The notes below the pieces were generated by a model. That model did not search any database, was not told the origin of the DNA, and was given only the letters and a program-made list of their open reading frames with translations. Shown here piece by piece: positions 50,576 through 64,000 of a stretch of DNA of 64,000 bases; within the stretch, counting starts at the first letter, position 1; the number at the start of each line of letters is the position of its first letter. The DNA lies in contig NW_026929674.1 of the NCBI RefSeq assembly GCF_032062105.1, positions 62,001 through 126,000 of the forward strand. The letters run 5' to 3'. The DNA is from Saccostrea cucullata (taxonomy: Eukaryota). The position numbers and the translations under genes were made by a program.

Positions 50576-51789
50576 AAAACTTTTAATATCTCTTGCCGTG
50601 AATATATATATTTAAAAAATATTATTTTTTTATGTTGATTCGATATATCCCGTTGACCTCGAAATAAAAGATTCACTGAATCTGACACATTTGAGCCACA
50701 ATGGGTATTTAGATATTCATTAGAAAAAAAATGTTACGAAAACTATAAAATACCATTAAAAAATATATGTATTTGATTTATAAAATTTTACAATTTTTAA
50801 AACGAGGCAAAAAAACAATTTGAAGAAATAAAATCATCTGCAATTATATTTTCACATTAAATTTATTTAATTTTCTGTCTTTATATATAAATAGGAAATA
50901 TTCATGACCTTTGAGAAACCTATTCAAGATTAATAATTATGTGACATTTTGAATTTCTTTCCTTTTGCTGTTCATGATCAAAACCCTCTCATTTTCAATA
51001 ATTTTGTACAAAAAGACAAAATAAAAATATGTTAAAAACTCTGTGTTTCAGTCAAATGGATTTGTGATATATATTTTTTAAAACTTATATTTTTTGGATA
51101 CTGTATATTAGTAGATAAACTTTATAAACATAATTCACATTTTCATATTCCCCAAAGAAAATACGCATTTAATTATTTATAAAATTTTACATAGAAAAAT
51201 AATAAAATCATCTGCAGTGATATTTTCACATAAAATTTATTCAATTTATTCAATTTTCTGTCTTTATATTAAATAGAAAACAATCATGACCTTTGAGAAA
51301 CCTATTCAAAATGAATTATTATGTGACATTTTGTTTTCTTACCTCGAATATGACGGTTTTACAGAAATACTTCGAAGAACTGACATCAACATGAATAACA
51401 TTTTTTTTAAAATATGAACGAGATTTTTCTGAAAATAATATTTTCGATGAATACAATGCAATGATATGCTTGAAGGAGAGAACTTTCTGTGACTATAAAT
51501 ATAATGTAAAGAACTTGGCTGTGTAGAGTAACATTTGAAAGCAGCATAGTACTGCAGTCCTCGGCAGTTTTCTTTTATTATGAATCCTATTACAGATCTA
51601 TTTCTCATGTCTTCACTTCTGTAATGTTAAAGTTTCTTTTCTATATTGCTTCATGTTTTGAGGTAGTTTTGTTTTAGACAACCTGTACTGCATCTATCAT
51701 CCTAGCAAAATGTTAAAATGAAAAAAAGGTGAAAGTAACGAACAATAATCGATCTAAAAATTCTATAAACAAAACAATTCTGTGGACAT

Positions 51790-51905
51790 AATATACGGAC
51801 CCCTGGGTATTTCTGAAATGGCCGGGATCAGGTGCTTTGGATGAGTTAGCATCTCCTGTTAACTGATTACACCCGCCCTGAGCTCTATGTTTTCATCGGG
51901 CCGAC
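51790..51905 (-). repeat. Conserved oyster Penelope-associated repeat motif (degenerate)
   Basis: Reverse strand reads ggcgggtgtaatcagttaacaggagatgctaactcatccaaagcacctgatccc...ccaggggtccgt, resembling a recalled abundant oyster repeat. Confidence 0.45.
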
Positions 51906-54201
51906 GGAACATTCCATAATCAAATTCAGTATAAAAAGCTGTATGGAACTATACAAAATATGAGTCAATAGTGCGGTTTATTTGCATATATCAAGGTGAA
52001 AATAATGACCAATTTTTGAATTTAAATGTTGACTTTAAGGTTATTGAAATCCCTGTAACACCAACTTATCTGACAGTAGGTTGTCTATGTTTAAAAAGTG
52101 ATGGTACTCGGGGTATGCTCTTGGGCATTGAATAAGTTTGTAAACAACACAAGTAGGTGAGGATGGGTTCTTGGACTAGTTTGTGCATCACTGCTGTAAA
52201 TATAACACAAATCACACTTTATATATAATTTAGAATGTCGAAAATTTATGCGGTGAGTTAACTTTTTTTTTCAGAGATCAATTTTACTCATTCTTAAGTT
52301 ATACTTCTTTGACCAAAGTAAAGTACAACTATGACATAAAATAATGCAATAATTAGAAAATGATTTTAGCATTTTTATTGCATCTTTAATAACATTATAT
52401 TACAGAGCATCAACAAATTAAAAAATATACTAACAGAAAAAATATGAGTAGTTCTCTAAAAGAAAAAGTAACAGAGTTATAACCCTACATTAAATTGTTT
52501 ACAATTGCCTGACAAAATATGATATAAATTCACCATGTAACGAAGGAATGTCATATATCACATTACATTCTCACCCAGACTAAGAGATCTGCAGATTTTG
52601 TACTCCGTCAGTATGATTGTTCAAAATCAGTACATTATGTTGAGAACATTCAAACAACACGATTTCAGCACATATATTCTCAGTTAAAGCACCTTAATTT
52701 GTGTCTTAGATTTTTAAAACATCTCAAATATACTGTATAACACAAACATAACATCATCTAATTCAAGCATTGTGATATAAAATATTGCTGGACATGGTAG
52801 AAAAAACTGAGATAACTTGTAAATCCCCCCGCTAATCTAGAGATCTTGAAAGGAGTTTGAACTTGTAGAATAAGGATTCTGATATCATTGCACACTAAAT
52901 ACATGTAGCAATTTGGAATACATGTAATATTAAAGCTCACATTTACACACATAAACACACTGTCTTGACAGTGAAATCACCTTAAAAATTCCACACTGGA
53001 AAAAAATCACGATTATTCATTAAAGTTTTACAATGAAGTACATTCAACTTAAATACATTCAATAACAGATGCTTTTGAAGCAATGGACAATGAACAATGA
53101 ATGAGAACTATTTCAGGTTTCCCACTGGTCAATGAACAATGAATGAGAACTGGTCAAGCTCTGTCATTGGTTCACCTGAGACCTCCTAAAGGACTAGAAC
53201 ACCATGATACAAGTCATCTCCCTTGTAAATCTACATTGTCTCCCTTGGTATTTGCTCAGAAAAATATATTACAACAGAAAGAAAAAGGAAGCAAATATAT
53301 ATCAGAAAATGTGCACTGTATTCATTGGCTGATGTTAATATTTGCGCAAAGGAATAAATATATATGACAAATTATAAGACATAAAAAATTAAAGCATTAA
53401 AAGAGAATTTGAGTATCAAATGTTTTTTTTTTAACTGTAAAACTGTAAAAGTAGATCACTATATTTTTGGGAACAATTTTCACAAGCTGTGATTCATGTT
53501 GTATAGAATCCTTAACAATATAAAGTTTTGTACAGGCAATTAAGTGAATAAAAAGTGATTTTCAGTAGAATGATTTACTGTCTCTTTGTAAAATCAGTAA
53601 ATCTCAGGGATTCTTACTGTGTGTGTCAATTTACAAGCTAATAAATTGTACATACATTTTTAATGAAAACAATTCTTACATGTAAATGAAAAATAGTCAT
53701 CAATAAATATGTGATCTTTTACATACTTCTCATTTTGTTTGTGTATGTATATAAACATTAAAAGTAGAAAGTAGATAATAAGTTTGTAGAGAATTGATTT
53801 GTGCTTTTAAAGGCACTATTGCAAAGAAAATTTATTCAGAATGTATAAACAGCAAATGAAAAACTGCTGGATATATCAACAAATCTCATAAATGTAAAGC
53901 TATGATGTAATTTTATTTTGGTTATTGTAAACGAATTATTGGCCACCCTGGCATTTTTAACAATACTTCTCTAAATCTTAGATGTATAAATACACCTTTA
54001 TGGCAAATGTCAATCACCATTAGTTTTAACTCATTATCATTGAAAAAAATAATAATTAAGCGTGCAATATATTTGTTAGCCTGATTTTTCATATGCACAT
54101 CATTTTCATTTCATTTGAGTTAATTTCCAAAAAAAAATTGACAACTTAATTTTTTGTAATTAAGACAAATCCTGGCCCTCATATTACATATCCCCCGGCC
54201 C

Positions 54202-57200
54202 TTATCGTTTGCCAGTCTGTCGCTGTCGGCCATTACTCTGCATTAGGTTGCGTAGTTTTTGGAGATTCTGTTGCGTTGTTGTGTCTGTAGGTTTGAGTTT
54301 TAGAGCTTCCAGATAACTCTGCTCTGCCTTCTCAAGCTTTCCATTTAGATGATACATGGCTCCTAAATTCATGTGAGCTGTAGCCACCTAAGAAAGGAAA
54401 AATAACTCATAATTAAAAAAAATTCTGAATAGGAGTTATCTCTCTTAGTACATGATGTATCAGCTTTAATGTGATGACTTACATTTGGTTTGAGAAGTAC
54501 AGCCTTTTCATAGAGCTTCTCTGATGCCTCATTATCACCATCTTGTCTGAACAAAAGGAAATAATCAAAATAAAATGCGTCCTCAAACTGCTAATGACTA
54601 TTTATATCATGGGTGAAGCACCGGTCATAGAGATTATTTATCTACTTAGAGATTTATTACATAATATTGTAAACTTAATAAAGTGATAATTGCTCAATAT
54701 TATAACCATTATACTGCATTTATTCCATGATTTCATTTGATGACCTCATTGAAAAGGCCATGAAGCAGATTTCTAAACTTCCTTGTCAAAGCCTTTTTAA
54801 GAAAACTTTTTGTAACAATTAAAACTGTTCTCAACAGAAAAATTCACATTTTAGTTTATATGGCTAAAGTATCTCTACAGGTGTCAGAATCAGAATCAGA
54901 AAGTTTTATTTAGAGTCGGATTTTTAAAACAAGTAAGATAAGCTCTGTAGAGCTTTTGACCGACATAACCTGAGTTGACATTACTAGTTTATTTCTCTAA
55001 CCTGAGAATATTTGCTGCATTAAAGATGAGTTCAAAGTCATTTGGAGATTTCTGGATGGCTTTTCTGTACATGGTGGAGGATTCCTTAAGTCTGCCGGTC
55101 TCACCAAGAAACTGGGCTGTAACAGAGTCAAACAGAATTCTCATCATGACAGAGGGTTACTTCCCCTCATAGCAACAACAGGTTTTTTACACATAGAAAA
55201 AATATGGCTATTTCAACTTTCACCTATAAATTGTTAAACATGTATCATGCCTTCATAACAATACATGTTTAATACATGTATTTGAATAAAAAGTTTGTAA
55301 AAAGTAACATGGTTACTTATCTGTTATATACATATATCATGGAATTCCATGAAAATCATATTAGCATTGTGCAATTCTGAACAAAAAATTAACAAGCAAG
55401 GAATTTCATAACAACATGATGATAATTAGATACCATAGTGATGGTCCACCATCGTGTCCTCGGGGTCCAGTTGTTTGGCTTTCTTAAACCACTCCTCTGC
55501 CTCTTTTATCTGGTTCTGTCAATTAAATTTATTACCGTATAGAAATTCTAAATAATTTCTGCGTAATCAAGTTGGAAAACTTTTTCTACAAAATTTGCTG
55601 AGTCTTAATACAATGAATACTAGTATGAGGAAAATGGCTTAATATATAGACTTCTGAATGAATACATGTAAGTAAAAGAATTTGCAAATTCATGTTTCAT
55701 CTTTTTCCTTTTTTACTCAATTATTTACCAAATTTATAGGTTTAATTTTGTTACCAAAGTTTGTTCTATATCGAGGAAAGCTGAAGCATTACAATGAAAT
55801 TTTGATTTTAAACAGAACAACATTTAGGGAAGTGTGGAATATAGAGAATGCTGAGTTTCCCGTGGTCACCTTTTTATGGAGGAGCTTAGCCATGGTCAGG
55901 TGAGCTGGCACGTGGTCAGGCTTGGCTTTCAGGGCCTCTTTGTACCACTTCTCAGCTTCTTCTATCTGACCTATCTTCATGTATACCTCACCTGAAAAGT
56001 AACCAATTAAATCTTAGATTATCTCTAAAAGTAACCAATCAAATCTTAGATTGTACCTAAAAGTAACCAATCACCTAAATATCAATCAAATGGCAGATTA
56101 TTTGTCATATAAAAGTGTTAATGTAAAAATAACTTGGATGCAAAATAAAAATATCCATATTTTTCTTATTATCTAACTAAAAGTCATATTAAATATATTA
56201 AAAGTGTTAATGTAATAATAAATCTGGAAAGAGATAAAAACATTCAAACTACACTGATATTTATTATTCAATTAAAAGTCAAATTAAAATATTTTTGCCT
56301 CCCTTATAGACCAACTGCAAGAAATTAATATTGACGTAAACAGTATACCGGTTCAAGGATTAGATATCAAAACATTTTTAAAAAAGATTTTCATTTAAGG
56401 TTGCTTTATTTTTTATGTGTACAATTCACCTTTTTTTTTTTGAAGAGTTTCTATGAACCATTTATAATTTGGATAAGTTTATTATGCTCATGTATAACAA
56501 ATATAAATCATGATGTACTTTCTAAAAAGCAATTTCTTGCAGGTGAAAATAGGCAGTAATTTGTCTAGCAAAAAGGAATGCCCTGCTCAATAACACATTG
56601 TAATTGCAGGTTATTTATGGGTAATATAAATTTCATCAAAAGGGGAGTGTTTACTAATTGCTTACAAACGATGTGCAATAAAAGATTCCATGCACATCGT
56701 AGGCACTTGAAGTCAATCATTCGAGTGTGTAAAATTAAAATCAAATGCATATTTCAAACAGCAATTCAGTCTCGTTTTAATTGAACTTATGCATTACATC
56801 ACTGGAATACAAATTTCTACACGTGGATGCATTTATTAATAGGCATCAATTGAATTACTCCAGGCAAAAACACTTCATTTTACATACTAACAAAGACTGC
56901 AAATAATTTCTGTGCCCTTTTATGCAGCATGTTCAAGCAATACCTGAGAGTTTTATAGCGCTGTACATATCAATGCTGTTCTTACGCAATGGGGTTTTAA
57001 ACTCAGCTGAACACTTGAATTTAAAATGACAAAGTAACGAGAAATTAATGCACAATTTTTATTCACTTGCAGAATCCTAAAGAATTTGATTGGGGTCCGC
57101 TCCCCCATAAATCACTGACCCTGTTCACATCACATGGAGAATTATACAGAAACCAAACAGAGTTCTGCAGCTAATCTTCGCACCCCTCGACACCCTACAT

Positions 57201-60200
57201 ACCCACGTCTGGTCCGGGGAGGGGAGTGATATATTTATGGCTTAAGGTAAATAAAGTCCCAGCAGTTTTTTGTGTTAAATTACACAATTATATGTAACTC
57301 TAGAAATAGCAAGAATAGGATGAAGTGAGATGTGTATAAAACAGATATCATTATTTCCACACCTGCTCTTTGTATGGGGTGAATTTGAACTTGATTTGAT
57401 ATTAAAATGTCCTTTTTTTAAGGATCGAATGTTTTGACAACTTAATATCAAACTGAAATATAAATGATCAAGGCTACAGACACACTACCAATAAAACATT
57501 GATCACTCTCTATACTCCATTAACAGAAAAATGTGTAGCTGAGAAATAACTTTCACTTGAACCACTCAAACAAGTCTACACCCAGTCAGGACCAATAAAA
57601 TCAGAAAATATTATATACAGGTAATTAATGTAATTAGATCATCTAGAACATTATTAAGGAGGAAAAAAGTGAAAAAAAAATCAAGACATAGCTACGGGGA
57701 TTTTCTTTATGTTATAAAAAGATTGAGGAGCATTACCTAATGTTATAAATAGAATGAGGAGCATTGTAGTTGGGTCTCCTAAGACCACTGCTTTTCCCTG
57801 CATTTACCCTATTATACCAAGGGTGTGTTATAAACAGATATTAAGGGGGCACAACCACTGGGGGTTTCCCATATGTTATAAATAGATAGAGAATGATTAC
57901 CTAGCATGTTATAAATAGACTGAGGAGCATAGTAGCTGGGTCTCCTTTTGAGAGCCTCTCTGTAGATTTCTATGGCTTCCTTGTTCCTCTCCTGTTCAGC
58001 TAACATCCTGCCCAGGTTATACAGGGCCGAGATCTTAGTGTTCTCATGGAGACGAGGGTCCTTAAGGCCGGAGGTGTCAAGGTCAGCGCAGTGACGGTAA
58101 ATCTAATAATAGATATCAACAATTACAAATCTAATTCATCAATACAATGAATTAATGCATCAAATGTCTGCTTCTTTTATTTTCTGCATTACCTTTTTTA
58201 AAAACTATTATTATTTTAGTCTTATACTTAAAATCTTTTTCTTTTAAAGCTGTCATTTTCGTAGATTTATTTTGTCATGAGACCCTGAAATCTGCTAATT
58301 ATTACTTTAATTTCTACAAAACTGGTAAATTGGGCTACATTTTACAGACTGATTATGGGTACTTCTCCTTTCTTTCAAATATAATTTTTGAATTGTTTGG
58401 AATGATTTCCTTTCACTCGTTTTTTAATCTATAAAATTGAGATTGTAAGAGTGTACTGCTGACCTTTTCTGCCTCCGCATATTTCCCCTGACCAGCATAG
58501 ATGATGGCCAGATTTAGATGGGCCACTGAAAGAGACGGAAAAAAACATAAATGGTTAACTTTTTTAAGCAAAGCACAAATCTTCTGTTTCTAAATCCTTC
58601 TGTTTATCATAAGATTTTATTATTTTGAAATCAAATTGAAAAATTCCCTAGAAAAGCACCATCATACAAATGTATCAAGAATTGTATGTGAATGAAATTT
58701 CATCAACAATAATATTTCACTTTTATAGAATGTTTATTGCCCTTGACTTGAGATATCTTCTCATCTCAGATATGAAATCTTACAAGTATGTAATTCTAAT
58801 GTAATTATCTTGATAAATGCATACTTTTATGCAAATTCACTAGACTGTAAACATTAAAAATTTTCCTTGAAAGAAAAAATATAAAAGGACCACAATTCTG
58901 TACAATGAACTAGCAGGCCACAAAATTAAAAATTTGAAAATCTCCCTCCATGTCAATTAATTACATTTAGTCAATCAAAGGCCCCAAGAAAAAGCCTGCT
59001 AGCTTGGCTTTTCATCTTCATAACAGCAGGACAAGGACTCCTTTTGAACTGACAAATCGGAAACTCTGAATTCTCTGTAATTAAGAACTGCACTGTATGG
59101 ATTTATAGAATTGCTTTTTCACAATTCACTGCCCTTTGCTCAATAGCTTTGATAACTGTTGCATGGAATGACTGACGCTGGCAAGAAAATATATGGTGGA
59201 CTCCCCACAGCTTTTCTGACTGGGGCCTCATTATCAATAGTGGGTTTTCAATTTGGAAATGATTGAGTAACCTCTAAAGCCGTGGAATATTGTTACTAAT
59301 TTTTTTCTTCAGATTGATAAACGTGTTAGGATTTTTTGTTTTCTGCTTTACTTTATTTCAGTTTTAACATATTCTGGATGCAGACATTGCAGAGAGAAAA
59401 TATTTGCAGAAATGCCACTAGCTAATTGTTAACTCAGGTTTCTGATAATTGAATGAATTATTGTCTACATTATTTTGAAGTTAAGATTTTTTTTTTCTTG
59501 AACATAAACTGATCAGCATCTAACCTTATTTTTTAGGAACATTTTTTTCTGCAAAAGATACTGCTTTATTAAACTGTTCAATCATATGAGATGGCCAACA
59601 TAAGTTAGCTCCCCTTAAAAAACACTCTTCAATCATGAGATAGCTGAGATAAAGTTACCTCCCCTTACACATCACTCAGCAGCTGATGCCATTTGTCTTA
59701 ATTTCTTTACCCTCAATTTATTTTTAACTGTTACAAGAATCCTCAGCCAGGAAATTCTTATCATAACCTGTCATCACTGATTAAAATATATAACTGTCTT
59801 AAGATTATTTCTCTGTGCTGTGTGTTCTCTAATTGCTTCTCATTCACATAAAGTGCACATCAATTTTAACATATTTCTACACAAATATTTTTTACCCATT
59901 TCATTTTTATGACACATATAAAATAAAAAAATACACACATTCCTGTAGATTAATCTGTTAATATTTATGTCACTATTTAATATATATATATCTGAATGGA
60001 CAAAATCATATTCGAGTCTTAATACTATAAGTAAAATTGAATTTACAATTGTGTTTGAAATATCATTGAATACAAGAAGAAAAGCATAAAGTTTTGAAAT
60101 TCATGGGAAAAGTCTTAGGAATTCTGATTTTTGTCAGAAGAAGCCTGATGGCATATTTCAATCTGTTTTTTGTGTATAAAACCTTACTTGACAGTTTAGG

Positions 60201-62806
60201 TCTGTACTGAATCGCTCTCTTGTAGCTTTCTACAGCGGCTTCCATCCGTTTCTGATCCTGAAGCAGGATGCCTCTGTAATGTAAATAAATTTCACAATCT
60301 GAGCAAAATTCAAAAGACAGACATGTGTGTAAATATATCTCAAGTTGGCAGTTGATTCCAACATCCAAGATCTTTTTGATGCTACATTGGAAAGAGCAGC
60401 TGCTAAGAATTTCCTTCATTTTTTTGGTTATAATTATCAACATGCATCTGTCTTTTTTGTTTTCTCTTAGAAAGTTAAAATCAAAAATAATATAAGTATT
60501 AAAAGCGTTAACTATATAATTATATATCCTAAGACATGAAGGGTTATTTGAATTTCTTTTTCAGAAAGCTTGTTGAATGCTTCAATCATAGAGTATAAAT
60601 TTTTCCTGTGGATTATTTGATTGACTTGAATATGCAGGGTTCCTATCTTCTTCCTATACAAATGTTAAACCCCCCTTTTTTCAGGGAAGAAAGACACCTT
60701 TCGTCAAGGGGATTAACTCCAACAAAGCAAACCATTCAACTTCTCACCCAAAGCATCAGCGTGTTTATGGATCCCTAATGATATAGTGTTATTTTATGGA
60801 GATATGGTCATAACTTCATATGAATTGCAAATGTTTGCTCATTCCATTAGGAAAATGATTTGAACTTTATGCAGAGATAAAAATATTATGTTTGTGCAAC
60901 ATAGACATTTTTCTTACATGTATTGATTTATACAACATTGTATGCAGATTTTATTTTTTAAGTCTGTTGTATCTTCAATGATATGTCATTACAAAATCAT
61001 AAAGTTATGCATGATGCACCATAATATCTAAATATCTGAGCCAGTGTTAAATTGTAAAACTGCATAAAGAAGCAGATTGTGGGGCCTGAAGATAATACCA
61101 TATAACATGACAATGGAACTCTGTAATAAAATCTACAAACTATACTTGTTACACCTTCATATCAATTGGTCTCGGATGTCTGTGAACTATGTTATAGCAT
61201 AACAAACGAAACTTAAACTCCCAGAGGGTTAACATTTGATAATGACGTTATCGAGTCAGTAATACATCAAAAACTACAGAAATTTACGCTACCTAAAGAA
61301 AGGGAAATCTTGGTTAAGACCACTAAATCCAACTGCTGAATTTTCTTTTAGTCAACTACCATTACATAAATTCAAAGATCTTTTCCTTGTTAATTATAGG
61401 TTGCTATTTATTTTTTCCTTAAGTAAATTTTCCAGCAGGTATTGCTGAACAGTCATTGAGGTTTACTGAAGCGTGCCTCCCTCAGTTAAAGAATCTACCC
61501 TCATTTCACTCCTCGGTACATCCAATCAAGCTTTCATCATAAGTACAGTATGATGGCTGGGGACTCTGACTTATGCCTGACAAAAGGATGATCAAATCAA
61601 TTGAGAGGTACCCCCAGGGGGTCAGGATTAACTGGCTCTCCGTGAAAAATCCTGTCAGCCCTGTCCTCTCATGTCCCTAGCTGAGCAACCACCCCAAAAA
61701 TTATTCCCAGTTAAATCATTATCACCTTATGTGAAATGTTACAAAGGTGCACAAGGGCATAATAAGTTTATAGACCCTTTGTTCTGTACAAATGAATTAC
61801 AATATTACAGAGTAGATAGACCCTGGTGCCCTGTACTTCTGTACAAATGAATAAAAATATTCTGAAATCAAACCAACTAAAGAAAGTCTAGCTTAGGTTA
61901 ATTTTTTCCCCAAAATTACTAATTTATTAGACATTTTTGATGCTTAAATTAAACACAGTTTTACTGAGCAGACATCTCTGTTTTTCTGTAGTGTGGTTCT
62001 CCTGAACCTATATTTGTTATAACCTATATTCTCTCTAACAGAAAATCAATTATTCTCTGTAGATTTTGTGATGAGAAATCATTCGACCCTATCTAGCTTG
62101 ACACAACACAGATAATCTCAATATTTATGTGGTATCAATTCTTATTTAATATATCTAGTGAAAAAAAAAAAGTACATTGTATCAGCCATATTGCCCCTGT
62201 GTTTGAGAGCATTTCTATATCATTGTATAAAACACTTCAAAAGCTGAGGGCCTTACAGATTATAGTGAGTATCAGCCATATTGCCCTGTTGTTTGAGGGC
62301 TTTCTATATGTATAATACACTACAAAAGCTGAGGTCCTTATAGGTTGTATAGTGAATATCAGCCATATTGCCCCAATGCTTGAGGGCATTTCTATATGTA
62401 TATATAATACACTACAATAGTTGAGTGCCTTACAGGTTATACGGTGTATCAGCCATATCGCCCCGGTGTTTGAGGGCATTTCTATATGTACAGTACACTA
62501 CAAAAGCTGAAGGCCTTACAGGTTATAGTGAGTATCAGCCATATTGCCCCAGCGCTTGAGGGCCTTTCTATAGGTATAATACATTACAAAATCTGAGGGC
62601 CTTACAGGTTATAATGAGTATTAGCCATATTGCCCCGGTGCTTGAGGACGTTTCTATAGGTATAATACATTACAAAAACTGAGGGCCTTACAGGTTATAG
62701 TGAGTATCAGCCATATTGCCCCGGTGTTTGAGGGCATTTCTATAGGCCTGTTCTGCCTCCATCTTCTTTCCCTGTTGGTTCCAGACATTGGCCAGGTTAC
62801 CCCAAG
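54202..62806 (-). CDS. TMTC2: Protein O-mannosyltransferase TMTC2, C-terminal TPR exons (5' part lies beyond the window)
   Basis: Exons 62806-62692, 60273-60188, 58525-58464, 58102-57901, 55991-55870, 55515-55434, 55116-55002, 54546-54483, 54387-54202; GT-AG and phase-consistent. AWGNLANV..AYRNAL..R.NMAD..YNL, LKDP..H....ALYNLG, APQSIYNMLGE, DHVPAHLT, FNAA..LRQ and MNLGA.YHLNG...NLQKL match TMTC2. Confidence 0.92.
54885..54975 (-). mobile_element. Very short LINE-like 3' end in a TMTC2 intron
   Basis: - strand: hairpin AAGCTCT-ac-AGAGCTT, then AATAAA, then (ATTCTG)n tail. Confidence 0.45.
62175..62746 (-). repeat. ~86-bp tandem repeat derived from a TMTC2 exon end plus donor site (~6 extra copies)
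   Basis: Marker atcagccatattgccc (or a 1-nt variant) at about 62181, 62271, 62357, 62448, 62535, 62620 and 62706; the last is the real exon. Confidence 0.92.
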
Positions 62807-64000
62807 CTAGAAAAACAAAAAATATAAAATATATGAAGTTATGACCACATCATGTATAACTGAAAAGGAAGGAAATATTGATGGATTAGTAGACCAATAT
62901 TCAAACTTCAGAATGCCAATCCTCCAAATAACGAACAACTATCTAGTCAATCATCATATTACCAGAATGTTTTCTCTTTAAATGCCGGGCCCCTACCCAG
63001 CACAAAAAGAAGTCAGAACCACACTGACACACCCTTTACCTGAAACTTCAGTCCACAGGTAAAGCCATAAAAGAAAAAAAAAGGAACAATAAAGATTTAG
63101 ACCAGCAATTACACTAGTGTATAAACTCATTTAAGTTCTCTCTCAAACAAGATCAAATCAAACAGATAGGTCAATATGTAACTACAGAGCAACATGATTA
63201 TCTTGAACATCTATATCTTGAGAACCCTGGATATATTGAAATATTAAGGTGGAAGTTCCACCTCTACTTTGTTTTCTATATATTTATCTCAAAACTAATA
63301 TCTTGAACCCTAAGAACAGATTTCTCTTTCTTTTTTCTTGGTCCCATATAGTGCTACATAACAATTAAGGTTTGACTTTATTTCAACAAGCCTAATAATT
63401 CTTAATTTTTTTTAATGGATTATATATAAAATATTAAAGGACTAATGGAACTGACAGTCTGACACCCAGATGGCTGATGGATTTTAAATATTTAACCAGT
63501 AAGATTAATTCATCTTGTCTACCTGAACAATCCAAGTGTTACACCACAGACCACCAGATGTCACCCTGTGTCAGTGCCTATAATCAACCAATCAGATTGT
63601 TATAACACAGACCAGCTGATGTGTCATGTTCTACCACAACTAATGTCAATCAACTTGCATGTTTCCCCTGCATCATCAGCTAATGGAAGAATTCTACCCC
63701 ACAGCCATAGAAAGGTACTACATGTGTACAATAAAATGTTTTCTGATCTTTATCAACAACTACAAACTTGTGTTCAGCATTTCAGAAGCTGTAAGCCTCG
63801 ATATCAACAGTCAATCATCATGTGTTCCATCAGGGAATCCTTCCATTTTAAGATGGTCAACTACAGATCAGGCTTCAGGAGAGCTTTTAGGGCCTGAATG
63901 CTTACTTACAATTAGGAAGGACTTATGCTTTTATTTTTTTTTGTTTCCTGTCAGAAAACTTTTTTTCCCCTTTAAATGTATCCTTAGCTATAGGTTCATA

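Noticed and set aside
63568-63897. 109-aa + strand ORF
   Set aside because: Lies antisense within a presumed TMTC2 intron; no recognisable motif or splice signals.

Overview
AT-rich, intron-containing eukaryotic DNA, most likely an oyster (Ostreidae). This is inferred from a Helentron-type element carrying a ~165-bp Cg170-like satellite and from bivalve-type SINE and Penelope-like relics. Two host genes converge. (1) A + strand type-I membrane protein gene (signal peptide, EMI domain, Pro/Gln-rich stalk, Cys-helical segment, His-rich tract, TM, cytoplasmic PPxxY-like motifs, C-terminal -SDI). Its common exons span 39535-46787, and it appears to have up to three alternative phase-2 first exons, each encoding its own signal peptide (15894, 22524, 34761). 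(2) The 3' TPR half of TMTC2 on the - strand (54202-62806), whose exon/donor junctions have been tandemly amplified into the introns. The rest is a transposon jungle. A head-to-tail dimer of a ~5.6-kb non-autonomous Helentron occupies 1-15170; its two copies reveal three insertions and their empty sites. A near-intact RTE-X-like LINE (17373-~22460) has ORF1 and an AUG-less ORF2 in one frame, separated by a single UAG. A complete two-gene PIF/Harbinger transposon (23386-30809, CAA TSD) has two nested MITEs of its own family 28 bp away. There are also mariner, hAT-like, hairpin-type, Tx1 and Penelope-like relics. All gene models and family names come from reading the sequence and recalled motifs; no database search was run.
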